In this document: positions 46,681 through 56,176 of the stretch, one piece after another
Layout of the letters: each line of letters opens with the position of its first letter
Position numbering within the stretch: position 1 is the stretch's first letter
Origin: a virus
Virus record (IMG/VR): IMGVR_UViG_3300025728_000001
Span: 1 to 64,000 of that record
DNA length: 64,000 nt
Reading direction: 5' to 3' (one strand)
Program-made: the position numbers and the translations under genes
Notes under the pieces: model-generated
Databases searched by the model: none
Told to the model about the DNA's origin: nothing
Seen by the model: only the letters and a program-made list of their open reading frames with translations

Positions 46681-47337
46681 ATGCCGCACGTAGAGAAATC
46701 AGTTGCTGTTGAGCGTCGTTCGCCTGTTGCCGCACCAGGTGCAAGCATCGTGAACGATATCGGCCTGTTGAATGCCGAGCAGATCCCGGCCTTCCGGGTG
46801 TTCCTGGAAGAAAGCGGCCTGCTAGTCCGTGATTCGGGCGCTGGGCAGTTCTTTCACGTCCGCCTGCCTGAGTTGCCGCGCTGGCTGCCAATCGAGCGTG
46901 GTCGTGCCGGTGCGCCGGTAACGCCGGACGTGTTGCGCCCCTTCGTGGCCAGCTTCCTCAAGAAGCCATTGGATAGCGTGATGGGCGAGGTTCGTGCAGC
47001 CCGCCAAGCTGCTGAGCGTGCCGTGGCCCGTGCAGCGCTTGATTTACCGCTGAATGTCTTTTCTGCCTCGCCTGCCTTATTGGAGCCGATCCGCCCCGTA
47101 GAGCCAGAACAATCGGTTGTCACGTCATCACAGGGTGTGGCTTTCATGCCTGCGCTCGCCAAGCAGGCCGCACCATTGTCGAGTTACCTCAGCGACCTGC
47201 GCGACGACTTCGCCTTGCATGCGCCCATCCCTTTGTGCTCACTCCACACCGAGGACGACCTCATGAACCATGCTATTCGCCGCTGGGAGTACGCGGACGT
47301 GATGCTTTCAACACGATCCGTAAAGGCCGGGGATTAA
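46681..47337 (+). CDS. hypothetical phage protein
   Basis: AGGAG RBS; C-terminal LRDDFA...YAD.ML..R module. Confidence 0.65.
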   Translation: MPHVEKSVAVERRSPVAAPGASIVNDIGLLNAEQIPAFRVFLEESGLLVRDSGAGQFFHVRLPELPRWLPIERGRAGAPVTPDVLRPFVASFLKKPLDSVMGEVRAARQAAERAVARAALDLPLNVFSASPALLEPIRPVEPEQSVVTSSQGVAFMPALAKQAAPLSSYLSDLRDDFALHAPIPLCSLHTEDDLMNHAIRRWEYADVMLSTRSVKAGD

Positions 47338-47533
47338 CCGGGAGAGTACAAACCAATGGTTTGCCGTTACTGCGACGGGGCCAGGGTCGTGTGGCGCACA
47401 GGTGCGCACGGCCCATTCACCCTTTGCCAGGACTGCAAACGTCGGAACTGTGAGCGGGGCACCAGAGCCCTGCCTCACGGGCACCACGAATGCGTCCGCG
47501 CCCAACTTCAACTGAAAATGCTGTGAGCCCCCT

Positions 47534-47992
47534 ATGAGCCAGTCACAGAAAGCCCTGTTAGCCGCCACTGAATTGAATCGCGCCACCCGCCTGGTGCGGT
47601 TGCAGCACGCCAACGCGGTGTTGATCGAGATATCGAAGGTCGGGAACCACACATGGGCGAACGAAGCGGGGGACGTGTGCCGCTTGCGCCTCACCATCGA
47701 CGGCCGCGTGCATTTCCGCGACCACAACCCGGAAACGCCAACCATCGACCTGCACAGCACCGCCAAGGGCACCCACGGCTTCTGGCTGGGGTTTCCCTAC
47801 AAGGGCTCCGAAGCGCTGGTGCTGCGCGGCCTGCGCGACTACGTGGCGAAGGGGACCAAGATCCACCGCACGTTGCTGGTGCCGCTGGTGAATGGGCGCC
47901 TGGCCCGTGGGTATACCGCCGACGACGTGGCGCTGATCGAGGACCGGTTGAAGTTCGTGCCGATCTTTGTTGAGCCGGGGGCGCGGCCATGA
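47534..47992 (+). CDS. phage protein, paralog of the 25500 C-terminal domain
   Basis: AN..I.IS..G...RV...D...W.GF...G....L...RDYV..G..I. Confidence 0.65.
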   Translation: MSQSQKALLAATELNRATRLVRLQHANAVLIEISKVGNHTWANEAGDVCRLRLTIDGRVHFRDHNPETPTIDLHSTAKGTHGFWLGFPYKGSEALVLRGLRDYVAKGTKIHRTLLVPLVNGRLARGYTADDVALIEDRLKFVPIFVEPGARP

Positions 47993-48576
47993 TTTTTCTG
48001 AATCGCGCTGATTTTGAGTATGCCGCCAAGGAAGCCGGGATAACCGACCTTGAGCACGCCGGGGAGCATTACGCCAACCCCCACACGCAAGCGGCCTTCT
48101 TGGTCTGGATGAGCGTGGCATTCCCGCGCACCAGCACCGGGGTCAGTCCGCTGGCGTGGGTGAATCGTCGTAACGGCAAGGCGGTGGGGCTGAGCATGAC
48201 GCGCCCGAGCGGGCCAGAGTCGGCCGGCTGGGCCAAGCGCCGCGCCCAAGGCTGGGAGCCGTCTATGCCGATGTTCGCCAACGTGCCAGGGGTGAGCCCC
48301 GAGGTGATGGCGGTCGTGCTTGAGCACCAGCGCCAGCGCCAGGAAGAGGGCTATTCGATACAGAGCGACCTGGCGCAATACCGCGGTGGCGAGCTGGCGC
48401 GGTCGGCGGCGTGCTACGCGATGCAGGCCGGTGGCATGTATCCCCTACGGTGGGCCAACTTCTGGCCGTTTAACTCGAAAATGAAGTCGTGCCCGCCCAC
48501 TGAATCGCTGATCAAGGCGGGCGCACTGATCTTTTCCGAACTGGAGCGCATCAAGGCACAAGAGGCGGCCCGATGA
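47989..48576 (+). CDS. conserved phage protein
   Basis: E.QRQ...EGY...GELARSAACYA...WP...LIKAGALI..ELER domain. Confidence 0.7.
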   Translation: MIFLNRADFEYAAKEAGITDLEHAGEHYANPHTQAAFLVWMSVAFPRTSTGVSPLAWVNRRNGKAVGLSMTRPSGPESAGWAKRRAQGWEPSMPMFANVPGVSPEVMAVVLEHQRQRQEEGYSIQSDLAQYRGGELARSAACYAMQAGGMYPLRWANFWPFNSKMKSCPPTESLIKAGALIFSELERIKAQEAAR

Positions 48577-49262
48577 GTTTGCCACCGCTCTACGAGGATG
48601 CCCGGTGGCCCGCGTTCATCGCTCGTTACGCCAACGACCTCTGCGCGTTTGCCGCTGATGTCCTCGGCATGGAGGTAACGCCAGCGCTCGCCCACGCCTA
48701 CTGCCTCGCCTCGCTCCCTGGCTGTCGTGTGTCCATCGCTACCGACATCGATTTGAATGGTGTCGACGCCATTAGCCCGATGGCGCCTATCGCGATCTGG
48801 CGCCTGCTGTGTCGCCCTGAGTCCAGAACCTTAGTGACCATTCCTTTTGGTGGTGGGCGTGCCCGCAAACAGCAATACGTGCGGTTGCTGACGTGGATGG
48901 TCGAGGGCGCCCATAGCTGGTTGCGCGCCTATATCAGTGTTGACGCTACTCAAATCTATCTGCGGCGCGGGTATACGGGCTCGAAAATCCTGTTCCTCTG
49001 TGCCGACCAGAGAAGCCCCGAGAGTCTGGCCGGGTTCTACGGGGGTCACATTTGCTGGCTGATGGAGGCCGCCGAGGACATTCCTGATGCGTGTTTCAGC
49101 GTGGCGCTCGCGGCGATGACCGATCCGGGCGCCTGCATGCTGCTCACCAACAAACCTTGGCGGGAATCGGGGTTTGCCGCCGACACACGCGGAAAGCTGA
49201 GCAAGGACCAGGGCGGACAGTGGGACGTCTGCGCCTTGGCTGGCGCGCAAACCACGCAATAA
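48573..49262 (+). CDS. degenerate terminase-large-subunit ATPase-domain paralog
   Basis: Aligns by eye to adjacent TerL (RWPAF.ARYA, CRVS.A, PE.LAG..G, IPD..F); Walker A/B degenerate, no nuclease domain. Confidence 0.8.
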   Translation: MSLPPLYEDARWPAFIARYANDLCAFAADVLGMEVTPALAHAYCLASLPGCRVSIATDIDLNGVDAISPMAPIAIWRLLCRPESRTLVTIPFGGGRARKQQYVRLLTWMVEGAHSWLRAYISVDATQIYLRRGYTGSKILFLCADQRSPESLAGFYGGHICWLMEAAEDIPDACFSVALAAMTDPGACMLLTNKPWRESGFAADTRGKLSKDQGGQWDVCALAGAQTTQ

Positions 49263-49287
49263 GTGCCATCAAATCAAGCAGTAAGGT
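49246..49287 (+). promoter_or_regulatory. late-promoter motif before terL
   Basis: CGCAAA-N30-TAAGGT. Confidence 0.65.
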
Positions 49288-49328
49288 GTAAGGGCCGGTA
49301 ATACGGCCCTTTTGCGTTAAGGAATGGC

Positions 49329-51623
49329 ATGGCCAGGGCGAAGAAAGAAAAACAGTTGGTGCTCGATGCCGATCCGCGCTGGCCTGCGTTTGTTGCCCGG
49401 TATGCCTTCGAACAGTACAAGTTCGCCGTCGAAGTGTGCGGCATGGGCATTGTGGGCAAGCCCGTAACGCACCAGCAGAAAGAACTGTTCGATGAGGCCT
49501 CGCCCTATGGCTGCCGGGTGTCGGTGGCGTCTGGCCACGGCTGCTTTGCGCTGGGCACTAAACTCATGCTCGCCAGCGGTGAGCCGATTGCCGTAGAGGA
49601 CGTGAAGTCTGGCCAGCGCCTCATGGGCGCCGACGGCTCGCACGCCACCACGGTCCTGGAGCTTAAGCGTGGGCGCCAGGCCATGTACCGGTTCACCTAT
49701 ACCGACGGCACCAGCCACACATTCAACGAAGCACACATTCTTTGCCTGGTGGCCATCGCGCCCGATGGTGACGTGGGCGTGGGCGCCGAGATTGAAACGT
49801 CCGTAGAGCAGTGGTTGACCTGGGGGGCGGACAAGCAGGCCCGGTATGCGACCTATCGAAGCGATGCCAAGTCGTTCCGGCGCCCACTGCGCAACCTGTC
49901 GGTGTCTCCATACGTCATGGGCCAGCGGCTGGCGCTTTCTGGTGAGCTGATCCCCGCCGATTACCTGTACAGCGGCCAGGCGCAACGCCAAGAGCTGCTG
50001 GATGGCATGGTGGGGCGTGCTGGCGCCCAATTCATTAGTGGGAGCGAGGCTGTCACCCGTCAAGTGAGCTGGCTGGCGCGTTCGGTTGGGTACCACTCCA
50101 GTGTGGTGCGCCTTGAGTCCGGCAACTGGCTGGCCAAGATCGATCGGTTGCCTGGCGCGCTGCACTTCGCGATTGCTTCCTGTGAGGCGCTGGGGGAGGG
50201 CGACTACTACGGCTTCACCCTGGACGGCGACAACCGGCTGCTTGGGCATGACTTCACCGTTCTGCACAACACCGGCAAGACTAGGAGTTTTGGCGTTATA
50301 GCGCTTTGGCACCTGCTCTGCTATCGCAACTCAAACACCTACATCACCGCGCCAAAGCTCAAGACGGTACGGGAGGGTGTCTGGAAGGAAATCACCACAC
50401 TCAAGGCGCAGATCGAGAAAGGCCCGCACGCCTGGATTGCGCAATACATCACCATCCAGGCCGAAAAGGTCTACATCAACACCAAGTCGGCTATCTGGTA
50501 CGTCACGACCCGTACAGCGCCCCGCGGCTCGCCTGAGAACCTGGCCGGTACCCACGGTGATTACCTCTTATGGATGGCGGATGAGGCGTCAGGCATCCCG
50601 GACGAAAACTTTGGTGTGATCGGTGGCGCCCTCACCGATCCGCGTAACCGTTTCATCATGGCCAGCCAGCCTACCCGTAGCAGCGGGTTCTTTCGTGACT
50701 CGCACCACAGTAAGAGCAAGCGCCAGGGCGGGGCGTGGACAAGCCTCACATTCAGCTCCGAAGAGTCGACGCTGGTTGGTATCGAGTTCATCAAGGAAAA
50801 GCTCATCCAGTACGGTGGGCGCGATGAAATGGAATACCAGATCAAGGTCCGGGGCATGTTCCCGACCAACTCAAGCAAGTACCTGCTCAGCCAGGCAGCC
50901 CTTGAGCGCGTCATTGAAGGCCCGAACGTCATTCTGCCGGGCGAAGCCTATGGTCACCTGATCATCGTCGACGTGGCGGCGGGCGTAGGGCGAGACAAGA
51001 CCGTGGCCACCCATATGAAGGTGATCGGCAACGGCGACCGCATGAGCGCAGACCGGCGCCGGATTGAGGTAGTGGCGGTACCGGTCTACACCAACACCGA
51101 AGACTGGACACCGGTGGCGGTGAAGGTGCTGGACTACGCGGCGCAGTTCTCCAACGTAACGATCATCGTCGACACCAACGGCATGGGTAACCAGTTCCTC
51201 AAGCGGCTGATAGAGCTGTCGGGCGGCGGTATCCATGCCAAGGGCTGTCGCTGGGGTGAATTGCCGTTCAGCAACGAATACCGCAAGCGATTCCTCAATC
51301 AGCGGGCGCAAAGCACCGTGCACCTGGTTGAGGCGATCAAGGACGGCGTGGTACGTCTGTCGAGCCAGTACAAAAAGGATCTGATCGACCAGGGCAGCCG
51401 TATTCCTTACTTCCTGGACGAGCTGGGGCGATATCACATCGCCCGCAAGCAGGACATGGCCGCCGAGGGTCTGCCATCCCCCGACCTTTTGGACACGCTC
51501 GCCATGGCGTTTCTGGAATCTGCGGACTACGTGCCAGCGCAAGGCGAGGCCGTCAGCCTCAGCACAGACAGGCGCCAGGCCGCACTTGATGCGGCTCGCG
51601 AGGCGCTGGCGGGCATCACGTAA
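49329..51623 (+). CDS. terL: terminase large subunit (P1 PacB-like) with intein
   Basis: Split Walker A SGHG/TGKT, Walker B MADEASG, nuclease DVAAG..RD and SPDLLD. Confidence 0.93.
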   Translation: MARAKKEKQLVLDADPRWPAFVARYAFEQYKFAVEVCGMGIVGKPVTHQQKELFDEASPYGCRVSVASGHGCFALGTKLMLASGEPIAVEDVKSGQRLMGADGSHATTVLELKRGRQAMYRFTYTDGTSHTFNEAHILCLVAIAPDGDVGVGAEIETSVEQWLTWGADKQARYATYRSDAKSFRRPLRNLSVSPYVMGQRLALSGELIPADYLYSGQAQRQELLDGMVGRAGAQFISGSEAVTRQVSWLARSVGYHSSVVRLESGNWLAKIDRLPGALHFAIASCEALGEGDYYGFTLDGDNRLLGHDFTVLHNTGKTRSFGVIALWHLLCYRNSNTYITAPKLKTVREGVWKEITTLKAQIEKGPHAWIAQYITIQAEKVYINTKSAIWYVTTRTAPRGSPENLAGTHGDYLLWMADEASGIPDENFGVIGGALTDPRNRFIMASQPTRSSGFFRDSHHSKSKRQGGAWTSLTFSSEESTLVGIEFIKEKLIQYGGRDEMEYQIKVRGMFPTNSSKYLLSQAALERVIEGPNVILPGEAYGHLIIVDVAAGVGRDKTVATHMKVIGNGDRMSADRRRIEVVAVPVYTNTEDWTPVAVKVLDYAAQFSNVTIIVDTNGMGNQFLKRLIELSGGGIHAKGCRWGELPFSNEYRKRFLNQRAQSTVHLVEAIKDGVVRLSSQYKKDLIDQGSRIPYFLDELGRYHIARKQDMAAEGLPSPDLLDTLAMAFLESADYVPAQGEAVSLSTDRRQAALDAAREALAGIT
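49542..50270 (+). mobile_element. intein (243 aa) in TerL Walker A with eroded LAGLIDADG remnant
   Basis: Starts CFALGT, block B NEAHIL, block F YYGFTLD, ends VLHN followed by Thr. Confidence 0.93.
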
Positions 51624-51694
51624 CAAACAATGTTTTGATAATGCGTAATCCGCTGATATGCTGGCGCCCGCCCCACATATTCGGAACAAAACTT

Positions 51695-52381
51695 ATGAGT
51701 GATTTTGTGTGCCGTAAGAGCATGACGCCCTGCAAGACACCGGGTATGTGCTCGCCGCACGGCGGATGCCCCAGCACTGAGCAAGTCAGCAGCGCATGGC
51801 TGGCGCAGCTGCGCAGTGAGTACCTGGTGTTTGGTCAGCAAGCCACGGCTTTGAAGGCCGAGAACGTCCGTCTGCGCGAACAGGTTGCCGCACTGCAATC
51901 CAGTCCGCTGGATGCGCGGCTTGCTGGCTTCTGGCGCTCCCCGAAGGAAATGCCGCCAGAGGACGCCCAAGTGGTGGTGCTGCGCGATGCCGGCAACGTG
52001 GGGAATGGTCAGCACCCTGGCCACCGCTGTGGGCGCTGGCTTGAGCTGACCACGGCCAGTCGCCTTATGTTCGCCTGCGATGCGCTTTCAACCGGAAACG
52101 TTATCGGCTGGGTTGGCGCTGATGAGTTCCTAGGGCTTGAGGGTTTGAGCGCCAACGCCTGCCGCTATCTGTGGTTGCGCGACAAGGACGAAACGACGGC
52201 GGCCCATTTCCTTGGTTATTCGGACGGCAGTGTTGGCGATTCGATCCTTGATAAGGCAATGAGCAGGGAGAGCGGCGAAGAGTTTCGATGCAAGACCTGC
52301 TATTGCGAATGGATAGGCACCAAAGCCCATCCAGATACCGCTTGTGAAGCCCCAGACGTTAGAGCGGGGCGTCGGCCATGA
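51695..52381 (+). CDS. modular phage protein
   Basis: C...C.TPGMCSPHGGC N-terminus, coiled coil, RYLWLR. Confidence 0.65.
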   Translation: MSDFVCRKSMTPCKTPGMCSPHGGCPSTEQVSSAWLAQLRSEYLVFGQQATALKAENVRLREQVAALQSSPLDARLAGFWRSPKEMPPEDAQVVVLRDAGNVGNGQHPGHRCGRWLELTTASRLMFACDALSTGNVIGWVGADEFLGLEGLSANACRYLWLRDKDETTAAHFLGYSDGSVGDSILDKAMSRESGEEFRCKTCYCEWIGTKAHPDTACEAPDVRAGRRP

Positions 52382-52563
52382 GTGACGGAGCACTGGCCGC
52401 GCTGGTGATCTGCTACCTGGCTGGCAGCTCCATCACCCTCATGAGCATGGACGCGCCCAGCAAAGTGCGTTTCCTGTACCGCCGTCTCGCGCTGTGGCCG
52501 CTGTACTGGGCCTACCTGCTCGTAAAGATGGCTTTCATGCTGGCGCACGAGCTGCGCCGGTAA
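52378..52563 (+). CDS. small membrane protein
   Basis: Hydrophobic, LWP motif, coupled. Confidence 0.55.
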   Translation: MSDGALAALVICYLAGSSITLMSMDAPSKVRFLYRRLALWPLYWAYLLVKMAFMLAHELRR

Positions 52564-52605
52564 ACACCCTTTCAACCCCAACCCATAAACCCGAGGAACA
52601 TCACC

Positions 52606-53625
52606 GTGCCTGTACTCCATAGCGCTATTCACAAGATCGACAAGAAGCCAGACGGCACCCCGGCCGTGCTGCACCTTGGCCGTTCCGAGCAGGTCGAGAG
52701 CATGGCCCGCGATGAGCTGATGAGTCAGTTCAACGACAGCTACAACGCCACTACCGGCAAGGCTTGGGGTTTCTTTCACCCGGAGTCCGGGGCGCACCCA
52801 CTGCGCGGATGGCTCACGACGTACCTGGCTGGCGCGTCTGACTTCCTGACGTTCAGCACCATCGCCGTCGAACACCTGACCAGGCTCATGGAAGAATCGA
52901 ATCTGACCACGGGCGGCCACGCGCTCTTCTGCCACTACCGTCAAGGTATGACCGACTACCTGGTCATCGCCCTGGTGCAGGAAACCGAAGCGCTGACAAT
53001 GACCGAAGAGCTGGACCTGATCAGAGGCAAGCGCCTGGACCTGGACCACCTGCGCCTGGCCGCGCGTATCAACCTGTCGGAGTGGGCGAGTAATTCCGCG
53101 TCCAAGCAATACGTCTCTTATCTCAAGGGTAAGAACGGCAAGCGGGCCAGCGAGTATTTCCGCGACTTCGTTGGTGTGCAGGAAGGCGTCGACGGCGCCG
53201 GCGAAACCCGGACCTTGCTCAAGGCGTTCAGTGACTTCGTTGAAAGCGAGGATCTGCCAGAAGAGTCCACCCGTGAGCGCACCAAGGCACTGATCGATTA
53301 CGCCAGCAGCCAGACCAAGCGGGGCGAGTCGATGAATCTTGAAGAGCTGTCGGAGCTGATCGACGAAGAGCGCCCGAAAGCCTTCTATGATCACATCCGG
53401 GCCAAGGACTACGGCCTGTCTCCTGAAATCCCGGCCGATAAACGCGTTCTGAATCAGTTCCGCCGCTTCACCGGGCGCACAGATGGCATGTCGATCAGCT
53501 TTGATTCGCATCTGCTGGGCTCTAAGGTCGCGTTTGACCAAGAGGGCGGCACGCTGACACTGAGCGGCCTGCCAACCCAGCTCACCGAACAGCTGAAACG
53601 CGCCGCAAAGGACGCCAACGCATGA
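52606..53625 (+). CDS. yejK: nucleoid-associated protein YejK/NdpA
   Basis: [52 protein letters not shown]. Confidence 0.95.
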   Translation: MPVLHSAIHKIDKKPDGTPAVLHLGRSEQVESMARDELMSQFNDSYNATTGKAWGFFHPESGAHPLRGWLTTYLAGASDFLTFSTIAVEHLTRLMEESNLTTGGHALFCHYRQGMTDYLVIALVQETEALTMTEELDLIRGKRLDLDHLRLAARINLSEWASNSASKQYVSYLKGKNGKRASEYFRDFVGVQEGVDGAGETRTLLKAFSDFVESEDLPEESTRERTKALIDYASSQTKRGESMNLEELSELIDEERPKAFYDHIRAKDYGLSPEIPADKRVLNQFRRFTGRTDGMSISFDSHLLGSKVAFDQEGGTLTLSGLPTQLTEQLKRAAKDANA

Positions 53626-54296
53626 AAAAGAGCAAATCAATTCAGGCTGTGATCCGCCGAGCCCGCGCACAGGGCCGGGCCGAGGCCGTCACGATGCTGA
53701 GCAGCCTTTGCCCTGAGGATGGCCTTGATAAGTGCATAGGCAGCTCAGCGAACGGTGACGCTGGCGACTACAGCAGCTATTGGGACGTGGACGCGCTGCG
53801 CAAGCTGCTGTGTGCTGATACCGAGGTGTGCGACAAGATCGATCGGTTGCACGGTGCGCATGAGTGGGTGTCGTACCTGGAGTTCGACCTTAAGAAGGCG
53901 CGCGAAGAGCTGGCGCTGGCCAAACCGAACGCCGCCCGGTACCAGCACCTAAAAGCTACGTGGGAGGATGGCGGCCTTATTGCGCAGCTGGATACGAACG
54001 TGAAGCCTGAGCACTGGGACGCGACCATAGATGCCGATATCGCCAAGACAGGCGTGGTGCGCGCCGACATTGAACGGATGACGATGGGGCTCGACCTCAG
54101 CGAAGAGCAGATTCTGGAGGCGATGGCGAGCGCACGACGAATGATCAACCTGGAGCGCTTGCCGCTGAGCATGCCAGCCAGCGCCGAATTCAATGCAGTA
54201 GTGCGAAAGAGCACAGAGGCCATGTTCGGCCCAATCATGGCTCCGCAGATGTACCCAGGCGCTTATAGCAAGTCGAGTGGTGGCGCCCATGAGTGA
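53622..54296 (+). CDS. hypothetical phage protein
   Basis: ATGA-coupled; NAARY module. Confidence 0.6.
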   Translation: MKKSKSIQAVIRRARAQGRAEAVTMLSSLCPEDGLDKCIGSSANGDAGDYSSYWDVDALRKLLCADTEVCDKIDRLHGAHEWVSYLEFDLKKAREELALAKPNAARYQHLKATWEDGGLIAQLDTNVKPEHWDATIDADIAKTGVVRADIERMTMGLDLSEEQILEAMASARRMINLERLPLSMPASAEFNAVVRKSTEAMFGPIMAPQMYPGAYSKSSGGAHE

Positions 54297-54486
54297 CGTG
54301 GAGCTTGTTCAGGTGGTTGTCAGTGTCGACGGCGCACTATGCCAAGTAGTGATCCCATCGGAGTACAAGCCGGCCTTGCTGCGCCTGATGCAGGGCTTCT
54401 GTGAGGGCGGCGCCTTGAAGGTGGTCCGCCTGCCCGATACGGTGGGGCTGATCCCACTGCATGACGTGATTAAGTCAGAATCATGA
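54289..54486 (+). CDS. hypothetical phage protein
   Basis: Coupled ORF. Confidence 0.5.
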   Translation: MSDVELVQVVVSVDGALCQVVIPSEYKPALLRLMQGFCEGGALKVVRLPDTVGLIPLHDVIKSES

Positions 54487-54538
54487 AATGCGATAGAGTG
54501 GCGTTTTAGCACCACAAAAGCCGTTTTTTAACCGAAAG

Positions 54539-54556
54539 AATGTATAGGGATACTTT
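54539..54556 (+). promoter_or_regulatory. operator-like 18-bp repeat, copy 2
   Basis: Identical to 43888-43905. Confidence 0.6.
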
Positions 54557-54607
54557 TTGGATCCCTTTTTTGCCCCAAACCAGTAAAACGATAAGGATGG
54601 AAACCGG

Positions 54608-55000
54608 ATGATCTTGAAGGCGTACAGGGATGGGCAATTTCATTACATCAAGGCCCGCGATTTCGCCGGGTTCAAGGCAGACAGCAAGTATGTGATAGGC
54701 GTCACCCCGGATGGGCGCGAGTGGTTGTTGTCGGATGGCGTGACCCTTAAGTCTATCGAGTCGGTGTTGCCCGACCTGATCCGGTTGAATCGTGGGGTGC
54801 TGGTCAAGCGCTCCCACGTCACCGGGCTGATTCGCACGCGCAAGGGCAGCAACATCGCTATCACCGTGGTGACGACGGCCGGCGAGTACAGGCTGGCGCG
54901 CCGCAACTGCGTGAGCACCATTGTCGAGCTGATCGAGCACAACCTTAGGCGCGAACGCTCCCCCACTTACCCCATGGATAAATCGCCAGATGAGCTTTGA
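54608..55000 (+). CDS. stand-alone LytTR DNA-binding domain protein
   Basis: FKADSKYV, TLKSIE..LP.LIRLNRGVLV...V, LARR. Confidence 0.75.
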   Translation: MILKAYRDGQFHYIKARDFAGFKADSKYVIGVTPDGREWLLSDGVTLKSIESVLPDLIRLNRGVLVKRSHVTGLIRTRKGSNIAITVVTTAGEYRLARRNCVSTIVELIEHNLRRERSPTYPMDKSPDEL

Positions 55001-55472
55001 AGACACAACCCCGGACTTGTCCGGTCTTATATCGCCCGCACCCACCGAAACGCTTGAGCAGGCCCGTGAGCGCATCATTGCCCAGGTGATGGACCGTCAG
55101 AAGGCATTGAGCGAGCAATTCAGTAAGGTCGATCACCCCTTTGTCAGTGAGGCCGCGCAGGATGACTACGAGCTGGCCGCCGAAGAGTTCCGGGCGCTGA
55201 TCAAGTGCGTGGTCCATTTGCCTAATTCGGTCGAGGGGGTGCGCTTCCTGGAAGGCTGGCACGCTAACCGTATGAAGCAAGTCGAGCTGCTGATGGATCA
55301 CGCCAGACCGGGCCAGCACATAGCGTTCGGCGCCGGTACCGAGCCCGTGGCCATCAGTGAAGAGTTTGCCAAGGGGATGCGGGCGGGCCTGTTGGTGGTT
55401 CGCGATATGTTCGGAAATTTCCCCCTGGCGCTGACGGTGAGTGAAGAGCCCGAAGACGACCCAGCGGAATAG
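54990..55472 (+). CDS. hypothetical phage protein
   Basis: Coupled ORF followed by a hairpin and T-rich tract. Confidence 0.6.
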   Translation: MSFEDTTPDLSGLISPAPTETLEQARERIIAQVMDRQKALSEQFSKVDHPFVSEAAQDDYELAAEEFRALIKCVVHLPNSVEGVRFLEGWHANRMKQVELLMDHARPGQHIAFGAGTEPVAISEEFAKGMRAGLLVVRDMFGNFPLALTVSEEPEDDPAE

Positions 55473-55571
55473 CCCACAACGCTCCCGAAGCCCGCCCACA
55501 AAGCGGGCTTTGCTTTTCTGGTATGCTGAATAAATCTTATAAGCACCAGACTCTAAATTCAGGGTGGCACG

Positions 55572-55796
55572 ATGGAAGTAGCACGATTGGTTGAACTACT
55601 CGGCAACAAGAAGGCGGTAGCGGAGGCGCTGGGGCTGGCCTACCAAACCGTTTATTGCTGGGAAAAGGACGTACCGCCGAGACAGCTGCCTACCGTCCTG
55701 GTGGCGCTGGAGACAAAAAGCATTGAAGCGATGGAGCATTCCAAGTTGCTGGCGCGTGAAGCCAAGGCGCTGCGCCACCAGCTGACCACCGAGTAA
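55572..55796 (+). CDS. Cro-like HTH protein
   Basis: LLGNKKAVAEALGLAYQTVYCW...VP..Q. Confidence 0.75.
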   Translation: MEVARLVELLGNKKAVAEALGLAYQTVYCWEKDVPPRQLPTVLVALETKSIEAMEHSKLLAREAKALRHQLTTE

Positions 55797-55806
55797 GGCG
55801 CTGGCG

Positions 55807-55848
55807 TGCAAAGCGCCGGCCAATCCCCTTTCCCCTGCATGTGACACT
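55807..55848 (+). promoter_or_regulatory. late-promoter motif before baseplate/neck operon
   Basis: TGCAAA-N30-GACACT. Confidence 0.7.
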
Positions 55849-55879
55849 ACCGCCCTGGCTATCAATGGGGTGCGTGGAC

Positions 55880-56176
55880 ATGATCGAAGAGTCGCGGTTT
55901 TATCGGGAGGTGCGCAAGTTTGCCACCACTGAGCCGACCTATTCCGCCAACTGCCAAGTGATCCGCACCGTTCCCAGTGACCGACACAACCTGTCGGCGG
56001 TGGCGCGGCGGGCGTTTGGTGATGCGACAGAAACGCGCACGATCCTTGCCGCGGCGGGCCTGCCCAATGTCGACTCCCCGCTGGTCGAGCAAGACCTGGT
56101 GCTGCCGACGATTGCCTACCTGCGCTATCTGAAAGAGAAGTGCGGGATCACCACAGCGGTTAGGACTGTTCGCTAA
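55880..56176 (+). CDS. LysM-like baseplate protein (P1 gp26-like)
   Basis: LSAVARRAFG...ILAAAGL...LVLPT. Confidence 0.65.
   Translation: MIEESRFYREVRKFATTEPTYSANCQVIRTVPSDRHNLSAVARRAFGDATETRTILAAAGLPNVDSPLVEQDLVLPTIAYLRYLKEKCGITTAVRTVR

Noticed and set aside
52606-53625. yejK, rdgC and ssb as host chromosome flank
   Set aside because: Embedded in phage operons; such homologs are common in Pseudomonas prophages
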